A DNA stretch of 64,000 nucleotides from contig JAKMXF010000166.1 in assembly GCA_024704765.1 (NCBI GenBank), forward strand, positions 124,001 through 188,000, read 5' to 3'. Both the position numbers and the translations under genes were made by a program. The stretch comes from Oopsacas minuta (Eukaryota; Animalia; Porifera). A model generated the notes under the pieces. The model was not told the DNA's origin, did not search any database, and was given only the letters and a program-made list of their open reading frames with translations. Within the stretch, counting starts at the first letter, position 1. Each line of letters begins with the position of its first letter. This document shows, piece after piece, positions 34,528 to 46,300 of this stretch.

Positions 34528-34883
34528 TGCTAATTATGGTATAATATCTCCACCAAATGCTAGAAATTAGTAAAGGTTCCAACTCAAATTAGAACTTTAT
34601 GACATACAATTCAACGGAATCATAGATTCATTCAATAATATTAAGCAAATAGAATTATCTACAAGGCTTCTGTACTATTGTTAATTAATAAGATAGGAAT
34701 TAGATGATTACTAAACCCATTACAAAAGAATATACAAATTAATGTAATGGACTTAGGGAATATGTGTTTGTGTGAATTATTATCCTAGCATAATATATGG
34801 AAACAATTTCAATGCTAATTAGATAACGGCTAATTTGCCTATATAGCTTTAGTAGTAGACAGTCGAGGTAGACTCTAACAAAT

Positions 34884-35852
34884 ATGTCTGAAAGAAATGC
34901 TCTCCTTCACCCTGAGATACACTACCTCGGAAATAATGATATAACCAGCAATCGCGTCACGATACACTATTCTATCATACATCTAATATTCGAACTCTTA
35001 TTCCCAATTACTCTCGCGATAGTACTAACCCTGATTTCCCTAATAAAATTTCCTTTAACACAGCTTGGGTTTTTCTGTGATGACCGGACTATCCGTTATC
35101 CATACCAGGAGTCTACAGTCAAAAGTTATGAAATGTATTTATTTCTCGTACCCACAATATTGTCCTTTATCATACTAACTTTGGTAGAACAATTCTCCCA
35201 ATTTTATGAGAGAAAATGTCTTCAAACATTGGCTAAAACAAGACCTGTACATGTCATATTAAATTGTATAGTTCGTAACTTTGAAGTCCCATTTTGGCTT
35301 TGGAAGTTTGTCTACATTCTTTATGCATTCGTAGTGGGACATTTGGTAACCATGGTAGTGACGTACAGTCTCAAATTATCAGTGGGGGAATTACGTCCTC
35401 ATTTCCTCGATGTTTGTAAACCAAATCTTTCTCTTACTACTTGTAAGAATACGCTAGGTTTCGAGGTATACGTTACGAATTATACATGTACTGGAGATTC
35501 TGATCTCGTTAGGGAAGGAAGACTTTCGTTTCCTTCCGGGCACTCCTCATTCATTTCCTACAATATGGCATTCCTTATCTTCTATTTGGAAACTAAGCAG
35601 TTCTTACCAAGAGGCTTCCGTTCATTTCTCAGCATTGTATTCGCTATAGTGGCCTGTTTAATTTCATTATCCCGACTGGATGACTTCAAGCATCATAATC
35701 ATGACGTAATAGCAGGGATGGCTATTGGAGTTGTAACAGCAGCGTTCATGTATTTCTATATCATGCGGTATAACATTGTGATTTCAATACACAAAAAGAG
35801 AAAGAAACTATCTCATAGGGTGGATCATGATCTTAGCGGAGCGAGGATTTAA
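34884..35852 (+). CDS. Phospholipid phosphatase (PAP2/LPP, PLPP1-3-like)
   Basis: GFFCDDRTIRYPY; catalytic motifs KLSVGELRP, SFPSGHSS and SRLDDFKHHNHDV; multiple TM helices. Confidence 0.93.
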   Translation: MSERNALLHPEIHYLGNNDITSNRVTIHYSIIHLIFELLFPITLAIVLTLISLIKFPLTQLGFFCDDRTIRYPYQESTVKSYEMYLFLVPTILSFIILTLVEQFSQFYERKCLQTLAKTRPVHVILNCIVRNFEVPFWLWKFVYILYAFVVGHLVTMVVTYSLKLSVGELRPHFLDVCKPNLSLTTCKNTLGFEVYVTNYTCTGDSDLVREGRLSFPSGHSSFISYNMAFLIFYLETKQFLPRGFRSFLSIVFAIVACLISLSRLDDFKHHNHDVIAGMAIGVVTAAFMYFYIMRYNIVISIHKKRKKLSHRVDHDLSGARI

Positions 35853-36445
35853 TAATACTACATTATTGCTATCTATTTTTATCCGCTAATTAATTAGCAT
35901 ATATTTATGTTGAAATAATAAATACAATTATTCAGGCCTTCTTATGTACATGTTCTGAGTCCAACCATTTGGCCCAAATTTTAGTACTTTTAGGCCAAAT
36001 TATCCTCCTTAAACTTCAACACATTTTAGTTTCAATATTGTAATAATTTGTCTTCTTTATATTTCCGATAATGTAATACCTTATATTTGTGTAATAAATT
36101 TTATTTTATTCTTACGAGCCATTGGCTTGGTAGCTTCGCGCTGGATCACTCGACAGCCACGTAGTTTCGCTGATTTCAATTTTCTGCCTATAAAATTTTG
36201 ATAAACACGTATACATACACTCGTATATTCAGATCTAAATATGTATGACTATTTGACCCAGAACATAATACATATAAGATTTTATTAACTAAGCCCATGC
36301 AAAAGCCTATAATTTTGTAAGATATATGGATAAATTGCTTAAACCATCCAAGTACATAATCCCATTTATAATAGATATTGCATGCATTGTGATATGATTA
36401 TTTATACCTATAAAGCTATAGAAATAGTACTTCAATACCTCATAA

Positions 36446-36512
36446 ATGTGAACAAAAGAGATCAGGCAAAATAGATGGTATTTCCCACTTTACCATCATA
36501 GTTGAGTACACA
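36446..36512 (-). promoter_or_regulatory. SECIS element in the SELENOF 3' UTR
   Basis: Transcript sequence A-UGAU-GGUAAAGUGG-G-AAA-UACCAU-CUAUUUUGCC-UGAU: non-Watson-Crick quartet, 10-bp helix II (with G-U pairs), unpaired apical AAA, and lower helix UGUGUAC/GUUCACA. AATAAA downstream at 36281-36286. Confidence 0.9.
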
Positions 36513-36525
36513 GAGTAGAGATACG

Positions 36526-36984
36526 CTATTTTAAGTGTTCTAATAAGAATTCTTCAATTGTGTCTGTAGTCCAATTTTCTATGTTCAGAGTCTTCACTAC
36601 TTCATTCCCCTCTACCAGCTTGAGGGTCGGCTTAACACCCTTGGGGTACTTCAAAGCGAGACCAGAAAATTTAGAAGGCTTATCCCCATTTACAAATGCC
36701 TGTACCTGGGGATAAGCTCCTAATTTTCATTTGCAGACTTCCAATATTGCTTTTGAATATTTAGAAAATTTCTTTTTCTCTTCAATATGCTGGCAACACT
36801 CCCTACATTCTTCAGCTACAACTTCAAGATTGAATTTCAGCATTGCTTCACATGTTGAGCACTTGAGTATCGTATAATCGAATCCTCTGGAGAGACAGGT
36901 TGCCTCATCCATGGAGGACGATACTCCCTCAAGTGATGCAGCTAATGAGAAGAATAGGAGGAAAACACCTCCTTTGATGACCAT
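36526..36984 (-). CDS. SELENOF: Selenoprotein F (Sep15), 152 aa, with Sec at UGA 36727-36729
   Basis: The track stops at ...AILEVCK-TGA, but the frame continues KLGAYPQVQAFVNGDKPSKFSGLALKYPKGVKPTLKL...NIENWTTDTIEEFLLEHLK-TAG, matching the Sep15 C-terminal half. Signal peptide, Cys-rich CSTC..ECRECCQ domain and downstream SECIS. Confidence 0.95.
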
Positions 36985-37090
36985 ATATTACCTCTAATCT
37001 GTAAAAAAAGATAAATATCAATAATTCATGTTAGATTAGATTAGTTAGAATGTGTATCTTGTATTGGGAATAATAATTAAGCAAAATACA

Positions 37091-37249
37091 TACAGTCAAC
37101 TCCTGTGATTAAAATACAAAGTCAGATATGATAAATTGATTAAACTTTTCGAAATCGGTAAAAATACTATTATAAATTACCGGCACGCTTACGTATATTC
37201 AAATGATATCGTGGTTCCTTGAGTTTCAATATTAGGGGAGTGGACTGTA
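37091..37249. mobile_element. MITE family A copy
   Basis: Left TACAGTCAACTCC vs reverse complement of right TACAGTCCACTCC; ATATCGTGGTTCCTTGAGTTTCAATAT shared with 1396-1422. Confidence 0.75.
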
Positions 37250-37395
37250 TTTACTTGTTAGGACCATTTGTAACGTAAGGAGTAGAGTGGAAGAATTTAT
37301 CGAGAAATAAAATAAATAAACTTTTCACAAATAATTACTATTCGAAACTAATATAATGTCTAGGTATATAAATTTAGATAAATAGGTAAATACAA

Positions 37396-40300
37396 CTAGC
37401 TAGAAGCTAATCCAGCTAGTAAATAGGACGGGCAATGTATAGAACATAAAGAATTAGAATTCAGTTTGAGAATGAAAATTTCATCTTCACCATTCTGTAA
37501 ACATTGAGAAGTATAAACATGACCGGGTATAGAGAGAAGAGAGTATACTTTGTTAGTTTTGGATTCTAAATTATCAATAGTTATGTCGTTAGTAACAAAG
37601 TTAATATTCGCTTTAAAATTAAGTATGAAACCTCTCTTGACTGGAACATTGAAATTATCGTTGGGTAGCCATAAACTGATTATTGGATCAGAATATGAAT
37701 CTAGAAATTGAGACTCTTTGTGGAGAGAATCAAGGAGAAGTGAAGTTCGTCTGAAAAAACTCAAATTAAGAGCGGATGAATCTTGAAGAGGTGAGACTAC
37801 CCATTTTCTCAACTGACAAAAATGTTCAATAAATTGTTTCAACCATAAAAAGAATTCACTTTTTGTTCCGATTTGGTTGTACATTTCGTCCCATTCATTG
37901 GGTACTGCCTGTTTAGAAAGAGATTCTCCTATAAGGATCAAATCTTTTGGTATAAATAAAACTCCTGTTTTCAAATAGTTTTGTAGAGACAAGCATTTCT
38001 CAGAAATATCCAACAAGAGGGCATGCACATCTTTTAATTCATTCGCTATCACATAGTGGAAGAGTGGAGAGTTTGTTTCGAATACTAGATTCAAATCTAC
38101 AGGAAATTGAGTCAGCTGTTGTATAGTTCTGTCGAGTATAAATAGTAAATTTGTGATGTTGAATGGAAGGAATTGGACGTCTGGAAAACACCTGAGAGGT
38201 AGAGTAGTTCTAGGTAGAGGTTGTGACATTTCACTGGAGATAGATAACTTTACACTCAACAAGTCGCTGATGATAAAAAAGTAAGAAGGTGTTGGTAAGA
38301 TACTTATATAAAGTTCTCTCCTTTTAAACTGGTTAATAACTTCATGAGGTACTCCTAGTACTTGTTCGGCAAATATACCATACTTTCGGATTCCTGGCTC
38401 ATTATTGATAGAGTATACAGATGAGATTATTGTGAAAATTTCCTGTTCTTGTAGCGATTGTGTACTCCCTTCATTCGTTTTTAAAGTAAGAACTTTTTCC
38501 AAAGATGTGATGAGTAAATCAATGGACAAATTTGCTATCGAACAACGTAAACAATTCCGTTTTGTAATAAGTGAGCAATGAAATAGAATAACTAAATAGC
38601 AAGTATGCTCCATTGGGTGAGACAGGATCTTTAGTTTAGTTTCCATAGGAAGGGAATCATACACACACTCAAATACATGATATATACTGGGGTATATATA
38701 TTCAGTATAAGAAATATGAGAGAATAATCCAAATTCAATATTTTCAATAGGAAATATGGATATAACCTCAGGGAGGGATTCAGATAAATCGTCACACCAT
38801 TCTCCATAGAGTACAATGTTAATTGGCTTATGTGACATTGAAAATAATTTTGAGAAGAAAGATTCGCGATTGCCCTTCTTTACCAAATGGAATTCTTTAA
38901 AAAGAAGCAAATGAGCGCTCGAGAAATCATCAAAGTTTGGAAGAGATGTTGATAAGTCCAAGTGTGAGAATGATTTTACTTCTATCCCCTGAGTTGTGTA
39001 AAGTGATGCAAGTTCATATTGGAGAGTTAGAGACTTAGAAATTGCAAATTTGCATTCCTTCTCCATCACAAAATAGAAAATATTTAACTTCGAAGGATTT
39101 GGATTAGAATCGTTAATATTCAAAAGGTTACTAAGAGGGAAGGTACGAGTAGATAAAAAGTCACACTGCAAATTATCTGTAATAAAATCTCTAAAAACCT
39201 CTTCGTTATTTATCGGAAAGAACAAATGTAAAACTATGAGAGCTTCTACGCATAGAATACTATCAGAAGAGCATTGTCCGTCCATTGATATAGGAATAGG
39301 CATGTTCTTGTATGAAGGCATCGAGTTGGAAATCCAGGCACTCCATTCAGTCTGTTGGTCAGTGAATGAGTTGTAAAGCGTTTTAATACAGTTATCATTT
39401 AACGGTGATTTAAGTATACTATCCCATTTAGAATCTTCAATCCAGTCAGGTTTTGATATCTTAGTGAAACTTCCCTTGGGTAGTAAAGGAGAGTTTGATA
39501 GTATTCGGATAATTGAGTATATTAGTATGCTAGAATAATCGTCAGCTACTCCATACACATTAACAATTAATGCTGATAGAAGTAGCCAGGTGAATTGATC
39601 GTGTCGAGTAAGATAAGGCATGTATAACTGAACTGCCTTTGTGACAAAGCTACGATTCAATTTATTCAAAATAACATTAACATTGCCTGATAAAACTGAT
39701 AACTTTTCCTGATTAACTTGTACGTTATCCGGCCAATTGAGATTAGTACAGAACTCTTTGATTAAATCTTCTTGCTGGCTAGCATCTAATATACCTTTTA
39801 AATAATCACTCAAAGTAATACTAGGTTTTCGAGCTATATTACTGGGTTGAATCTTATCAAGATCGTAATCCAAGAATAACTCTTCAACGAGAGGATATAA
39901 CCAGTTCACATTGAGATAATAGTATACATGCATCTCTTGAATGCAACTGAGAGAGCAAGCCAAATTACCTAGTGTATCAGGTATATGGCAGATCTGTGTG
40001 TATACAGAATGAAACGATTTTTCTGTGTATTCTCTTACAGTCTGTACATATGGACGTAGATTCCAAAGGGTGACTAGCTCCTGAGTATGCTTGTATGCTA
40101 TTTGAGGTATTTCTGTATCTTGTGGAAGGTAAGAAACTCCTGTATTAACATCGCATCTAAACAACTTAGCTAATAACTGAGCCAATTCATGCTGTACTGA
40201 TTCAAACAAAGTTTCTTTGCTGACTACAAAAGCGAATAGATCCAGCCAAGATTTACTAAGATAATGATTTGTGAGTAATTTGTGTAGGCACACTTCATAG

Positions 40301-43300
40301 CATAGTGTATGACTAGGTAACATGTTTAAATGTAAGGTTTTACTCGAGTAAACGGATGGATAACAGAATGAGGGAGTATTCATTGAAAAGACAAGACTCA
40401 AATGTTTATTCGCTACTAATGTTCTACCAGCTAACTGAATAGGATTTTTTGTATCTCTGTTCTCTTTGAAAACAGAAGCAAATTCCAATAACGGATATAA
40501 CACAGGGTCTTTAATCGTGTCCAAATGATTGATAATTAGCGAATTACCTTTCAATATAGAGTCCCTAAGTGTATCATATAAATGTGGATCTGAACAAGCG
40601 AGATCTATTTCGGTTGTATTCTGCCGATTGGTGAATTCTGATAGTTTGTATGGAGAAGAAGATGAAATGCTTACCCAAGAGGAGCTAGATTCATTCAGGT
40701 ATTCTTTTGAAATAGCAAAAGAGATTGATTTGAGTGGGGTAAGATGGTCATTAACACTGTTGTGGAATATAAAATAGCAAATAGAATTGAGTATTTGAAA
40801 ATAATTAGAGGATGTTTGTGATTTATAAGGCATTATCCCAGGAATACAATCAAATCCAACTATATTATTCATTCTGAAATTTAACGCTTCCTTCCAGTTG
40901 GTTTTAAGACTGAGTTTTTCAAGGGACTTCGGCCAAACGTGTAGAAGAATATGTATTTGATCCTGAATAGGGAAAGAAGATAGGATACAGAGATAACCGT
41001 AAGAGATGGCAGATGCGGTGATAAGGGAGGTAACCTCTTCATCTGACATTTGAGCATATGCACGCCATTTTTCTGGGATAGTCCCGAGATCTTCAATCAG
41101 AGAAGATATAGATTGTAAATCCACACTTTGTTTCTCGTATGAATCTATGTATTCAGTTAAGGAAAGTGAAGAATGGTAAAAAGATTGATCCAAATTTCTC
41201 TTACTGTCACTAAACGATCTTATCTTTGTTCTAAGCGAATCAGTCAAACTATTGAATTTCACAAGAGATTCAAGATTACACTCAATTCGATCTTTCAATG
41301 GATTAACTTTATGTAATATTACCTCGTAATAGTTTGCTATAGCTCTTAGCCAACTGGAAATTTTATCGATCAAATCATGAAGTTCTGAGTCTGGAGTTAC
41401 AGTATTGCCTGATACGATATCTTGTTGGAGAACTTCGTAAATAGATTCAAGGGTATCTTCTGATAGTTCGTCAGTGTTGGAATGAAAATCAACAATTTGA
41501 GAAAGGAACCTTTCGGAATTGGACAGAAGTCTACGAATAGTACGATTCAATGGTTGAGTATCAGTACCCGATTTAAAGAGGGAAATAAATACAGTTAGCA
41601 AATGGGATAGTTCTGGTTCTTTACTGTTCGCCCTGAGCCATTCAATGTCATGATTGTTAAACTTGTTTGTAGCTTTAACAATCATTTCAATTTTGTTCTT
41701 ACTCTCTAGGATTGCTAGTTGTAAAGCATCATCTATTTTAGGGTGAGTTTTGTCCAGAAATTCAATATTCTGTTCGAGCCTTTGAAGTGAAGTTAAAGTT
41801 TGAGAAATATTGAGCTCAAGCTGGCCAATAAGTTTAATGAAATCTGAACATGAAGCTTTCTTATCTTTGTACACGAATTCACGATTGGGATACTCTAATT
41901 CGAAATTATCTTTAGTCTTTTGGATTGATGCTAGAATACTGAGTGCACATTGTATAATTTTTTGCTGAGACAATATTCTTCCATAAATAATCCCAAAGTT
42001 GATACTAAATGTAACAGCGAATTTATTAAAACTGTTGTTCCCAGGAATATAGCTATAGTTGTAGTTTAGATTCTTACATAAATCAGTGAATAAGGTCGGT
42101 AAGAGTTCAACTATTAGATCATGTATCCGCGGTTTCAATACAGTATGTTTGGGGTAATGCTGCTTCATCGCTTGTTCACAAACTTTGGTAAGCTGTGTAT
42201 GGTCCAACTTTGGACATACAATACATTTCAATCTATTGAATAGGGAGGGCACTGAGTGTATCAGCTGATAGAAATTAATATCTATTTCCTTAACATTAAT
42301 TACTATTCTAAGATTTTTAGTGACGTTACTCAGGAATATTTTCCAAGCTAGCGATTCACTGAAAACCTGTGATAATTTTGATATGTGTGTTCTCAGGCCG
42401 TTGACTATATTCCCTCTTTGTTCTAAACTAAACAAGGGAGATATCTGACAATCTTCTAAAAATTCTAAAATTCTAAAGAAAAATTGCTTTGATTTCAATT
42501 CTTTGTATTGTACTAAGAGAATAATATTTTCCATATTGATCCCAGCACGTGTGTAAATATCTCGCATGAAATGATCGAACACACCCAAATCGTAAGCACT
42601 ACTTTTCAAGTATATACAATGATCTTCAGTACCTTTTATTTCTTCAGAATGAGATGCAAGAAAGTGAGAAATCCTCTCAAAGGTGAAATTGAAAAGAGAA
42701 GCAAGTAGAGATAGAGTAGAAGCGATCTCTGATTCGCCTATAATGATAAGATTTGAATAATCTGGAGGACTGAATAAGTGTAAAGAAATTCTATTTAACA
42801 TATCTAATCTGAAGGGAGTAACGATCAATTTATTGGCAGCTTGCTTTACAGTAGGTTGGTTCAATAAATTTGGGAGCTTTTCTTCATCTGAATTTATTTT
42901 GTATTCAGATAAAACCCAGGGTGGAAGAGGTATATGCTCAAGGACATTTTCAATGAAAGAGTAGCGCTCAACAGGTTGATTAAGATAGTTCTTTAGCACA
43001 GAACTATCAAAATACTTGTGTATAAGTCTTGTCTTTAACTGTCTGAATAGAAGAGTGTCATTACAATTAACAAGCTTATGTTCATATAGCCAGTATACTT
43101 CATGATTCCAAAGTTGTAAAAAATCACGAATTGGACAGTTTGGTTCGAGTATCAGACATAGGGAACGGAATAAGTTACTGATATCACTTAGAGTGAATAG
43201 GTACAAACTGCGCTCCTGTGTGCCTACAAACATGCTTTTCAAAGAGATTTGCATTTCAACAGTCAGTGAGACAATAGATTGTATAAAAGATTGATTGGTA

Positions 43301-46300
43301 GAAGGATTGTTCGATCTTTTAGAATCTAACAGTTCGCCGTTGAAAAAACATCTAATAAGCTTGCTGAATATTGAGACCTGAGAATTGAATGTAGCGTATT
43401 GGTAATGGTGGATGAAAAAATGAGAAGTAAATCTACTTCTAAGATTTGTAAGTTTTGAGTTACAGGTAACAATGAAGTTTACATGCTGGATATCTTTCCA
43501 GGAATATGTATTGAAATCAAACAATTCGTTGACATACGATATCCATCTCAGCATCTCTGTAACGGAATTTGTAGTTCGATCAGAAACGTCTACCAGATGA
43601 ATATCTTCTACTAGCATGTGTAGTTTCCGGTTGCCGCGAGGGACATATAAACTTTTCGTAGCACTCCAAACTAACTCTGTTTGGAGCACTTCCCATAGGT
43701 CTTGACTTGAAGAGCGAGAATTGCATTTGAACTTTTTCGAGTATTTCTGATCGAAATAGGAACTTTCTAACCGTTTAGAAAGATGGTCGGTAAGAAGAGA
43801 TTTACCAGAACCAACATCACCAGAAATCAATATGGGAATAGTATTTGTAGAGAGATAATCAAAAAGACACACAATAGTCTCTGTCTCTGGATCTGTTATA
43901 AAAGGCATTTGAGTAAACAAATTTTCTTTTGAACAAGTAAAGTTTCCTAGCCTTGGAACTGCTAGAGACTGAGAATCAAAATTAGGAACAAACGACCATA
44001 TATTCGAACCTTTCGGAAATGTATACGGACCTTGGAACAACTCTTGCCAAATTGTACTAAAGAATATTCTAGAATTTTGATCTAGACACCCTCCAATAGC
44101 CCAAACTGCAGCAAAATTGAATAAAACCTCTTTAAATATCTTGGAGGGTTTTGGATAAGTAAGTATAAGGGAATCGAGAAGTGCGACTAGAGAAGATATC
44201 ACACAAACTTGATTCAACTGAACAACAAATTTGAGCTCTGTTTTAAGAAGATTTTTCTTTGTGCTACATGATAATTTCTTCAAAGTAATTTCATCAGATT
44301 CTGGGCTATTCCGGAATAAACAAGTCATAATTACGGGGAGATATGTATCAAATATGGATTGCCATTGAAATGATTCATTTTCTAGCTGTTTATCCAACCA
44401 CGAATGGAGTATAGTATTCCAAGATATAATAGATGGAAAAGAAATTATACCTAATTTCGCTATCAAAGATGGAGTTAAAAAGTCTGCATTATCAGACTCA
44501 AGAATAATCCTGACATTTGGTCGGAAAGTCATTTTATGCTTCGTCATTAACGTAATAGCGTAATTCTCAAAGTTAAAAGTAGCTAGAACATCACAGTAGA
44601 ATTTATCAAGAGAACCGTCTATATGAAACCAGTGGTGTTTGGGATTTTTTATCTTTTCGGTTAAAATGACACAATTATCAAAAAAGTGGTCAAGCAGACT
44701 TTTCGTCCACGTTTTTTCTTCCAATTGAATACCGCCGAAAAGGTGATCTCTTGGTAACGATTGTGGAAAGATGGAATGCACATATGCAGAATTTCCGATA
44801 TCCTTGAAGAGACCTGAACAAACACTAAGAGCGCTAGACTTACCACTGGAAGAAGGGCCCAACAGAAGAACCATAAAATGCAATTTCAGAGATTTCCAAA
44901 GTTCTCCTACTTTAGAAACAAAATATTCATCAGGTTCCAACATTCCATACTTCAATACTCTCAAAAGGGCTGGATTTTGTGCAGAAAATTGATGTTGCGA
45001 AGAAGAAATTAAATCTATAGTCAAATCTCTATCTTTATTGTAATCTTCATAGAATAGCGATTGAATCACGTGTTGTAGTTTGTTGATTTGTGAAGGGTGT
45101 AGAAAACAAGTTAAAGAGGGTAAATACTCAATAAGTGAAGAACATATGATTTCAAATTCCTGATATCTAATTTCTTCTTCCTCATCTTTATAACTTACAT
45201 CAATTGATGTTTCTCGGTGAGATATTTCGCTCATGGGTCTTGGATTTGAAATTTGCTCATCACCAGATTCAAACTCACTCTCTTGTGTCTCTAAAGGCAA
45301 GGAGTGGCTGTACCTTCTGATTTGAGAGACAGGGTCGGTGAATTCATTCACTAGCTTCTCTGAAGCGATAATTAACAAATGCCGCAGTTTAAATATTGAG
45401 AAATAAGCCAAGGACTTAGAAGTACTAGTGTTAACTAGTATATTATACATTTCGTAAAACTTATTCAATCTCAATGCGATTTCATGTGCGTTTTGGAATC
45501 CAGACGTGTACAGTAATACCTCTGAAATAACACTAACATCTGGTGATAGAAAATATGGCTTAAATACGTTAACGAAAATGAAATCAGGTGATCGGGTTAA
45601 AGTCATGCATTGTGCAGTAGCCATGACAGCTCCATGGTTAATATCGAATGGAGTGTAAGGTTGTACAATGGGAAATCCAATTTTACTAGACATGTGACCG
45701 GAGAATAAGGCACGTATAGTTTCTATGAATATACTCATTTTAGGTGCCTGTATGTTATCGATACATTGGAAGCAGACTAAAGATCTAGAATTGTATGCTC
45801 CGTATATAAAATCCTTCAAATAATCAACTAAAGTATGACTGGTACATGAATACTCGAAAAGAGGACGACCTAGTAAATAAGCAAATTGTCTAATCGTAGA
45901 CATCTTCCCTGAACCTTGTCTACCAACTAGTAATCCACCAAAATTAGTTGTTAAAGATTGGAGGAGATGGGAGAAACATCGCTCTGTGTTTGGGAAGAGA
46001 ACGAGCTCTTTATGATCACCTTGAAATTCAAACACATAAGGTACACTGAGGCAATGGATAGAAAAATTACAAGTTGTCGTATCATCCTTTGGAAGAAGAT
46101 GTTTTATTGAGCTCTGCCATTCAATGCTAGCCTCTAATTTCGTGACGTTATTGAGAGAAATCAACGACTCAGTCAATCCTTTAAAGTAAAATATGGTAAT
46201 AATAAAATTCTGTACCAGCAAGTAAGTTGTCATTGTAAGTATTTCGTGCTGAGAAGAACTTTCTTCCAATGTATCTTGCTCCCATTCATCTAATACGACG

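Noticed and set aside
36138-36152. GCGCTGGATCACTCG resembling the 5' end of 5.8S rRNA
   Set aside because: Similarity does not extend on either side and no other rDNA is present.
36727-36984. 85-aa ORF as a truncated gene or pseudogene
   Set aside because: The stop is a Sec UGA: the frame continues with conserved Sep15 sequence and a SECIS follows.
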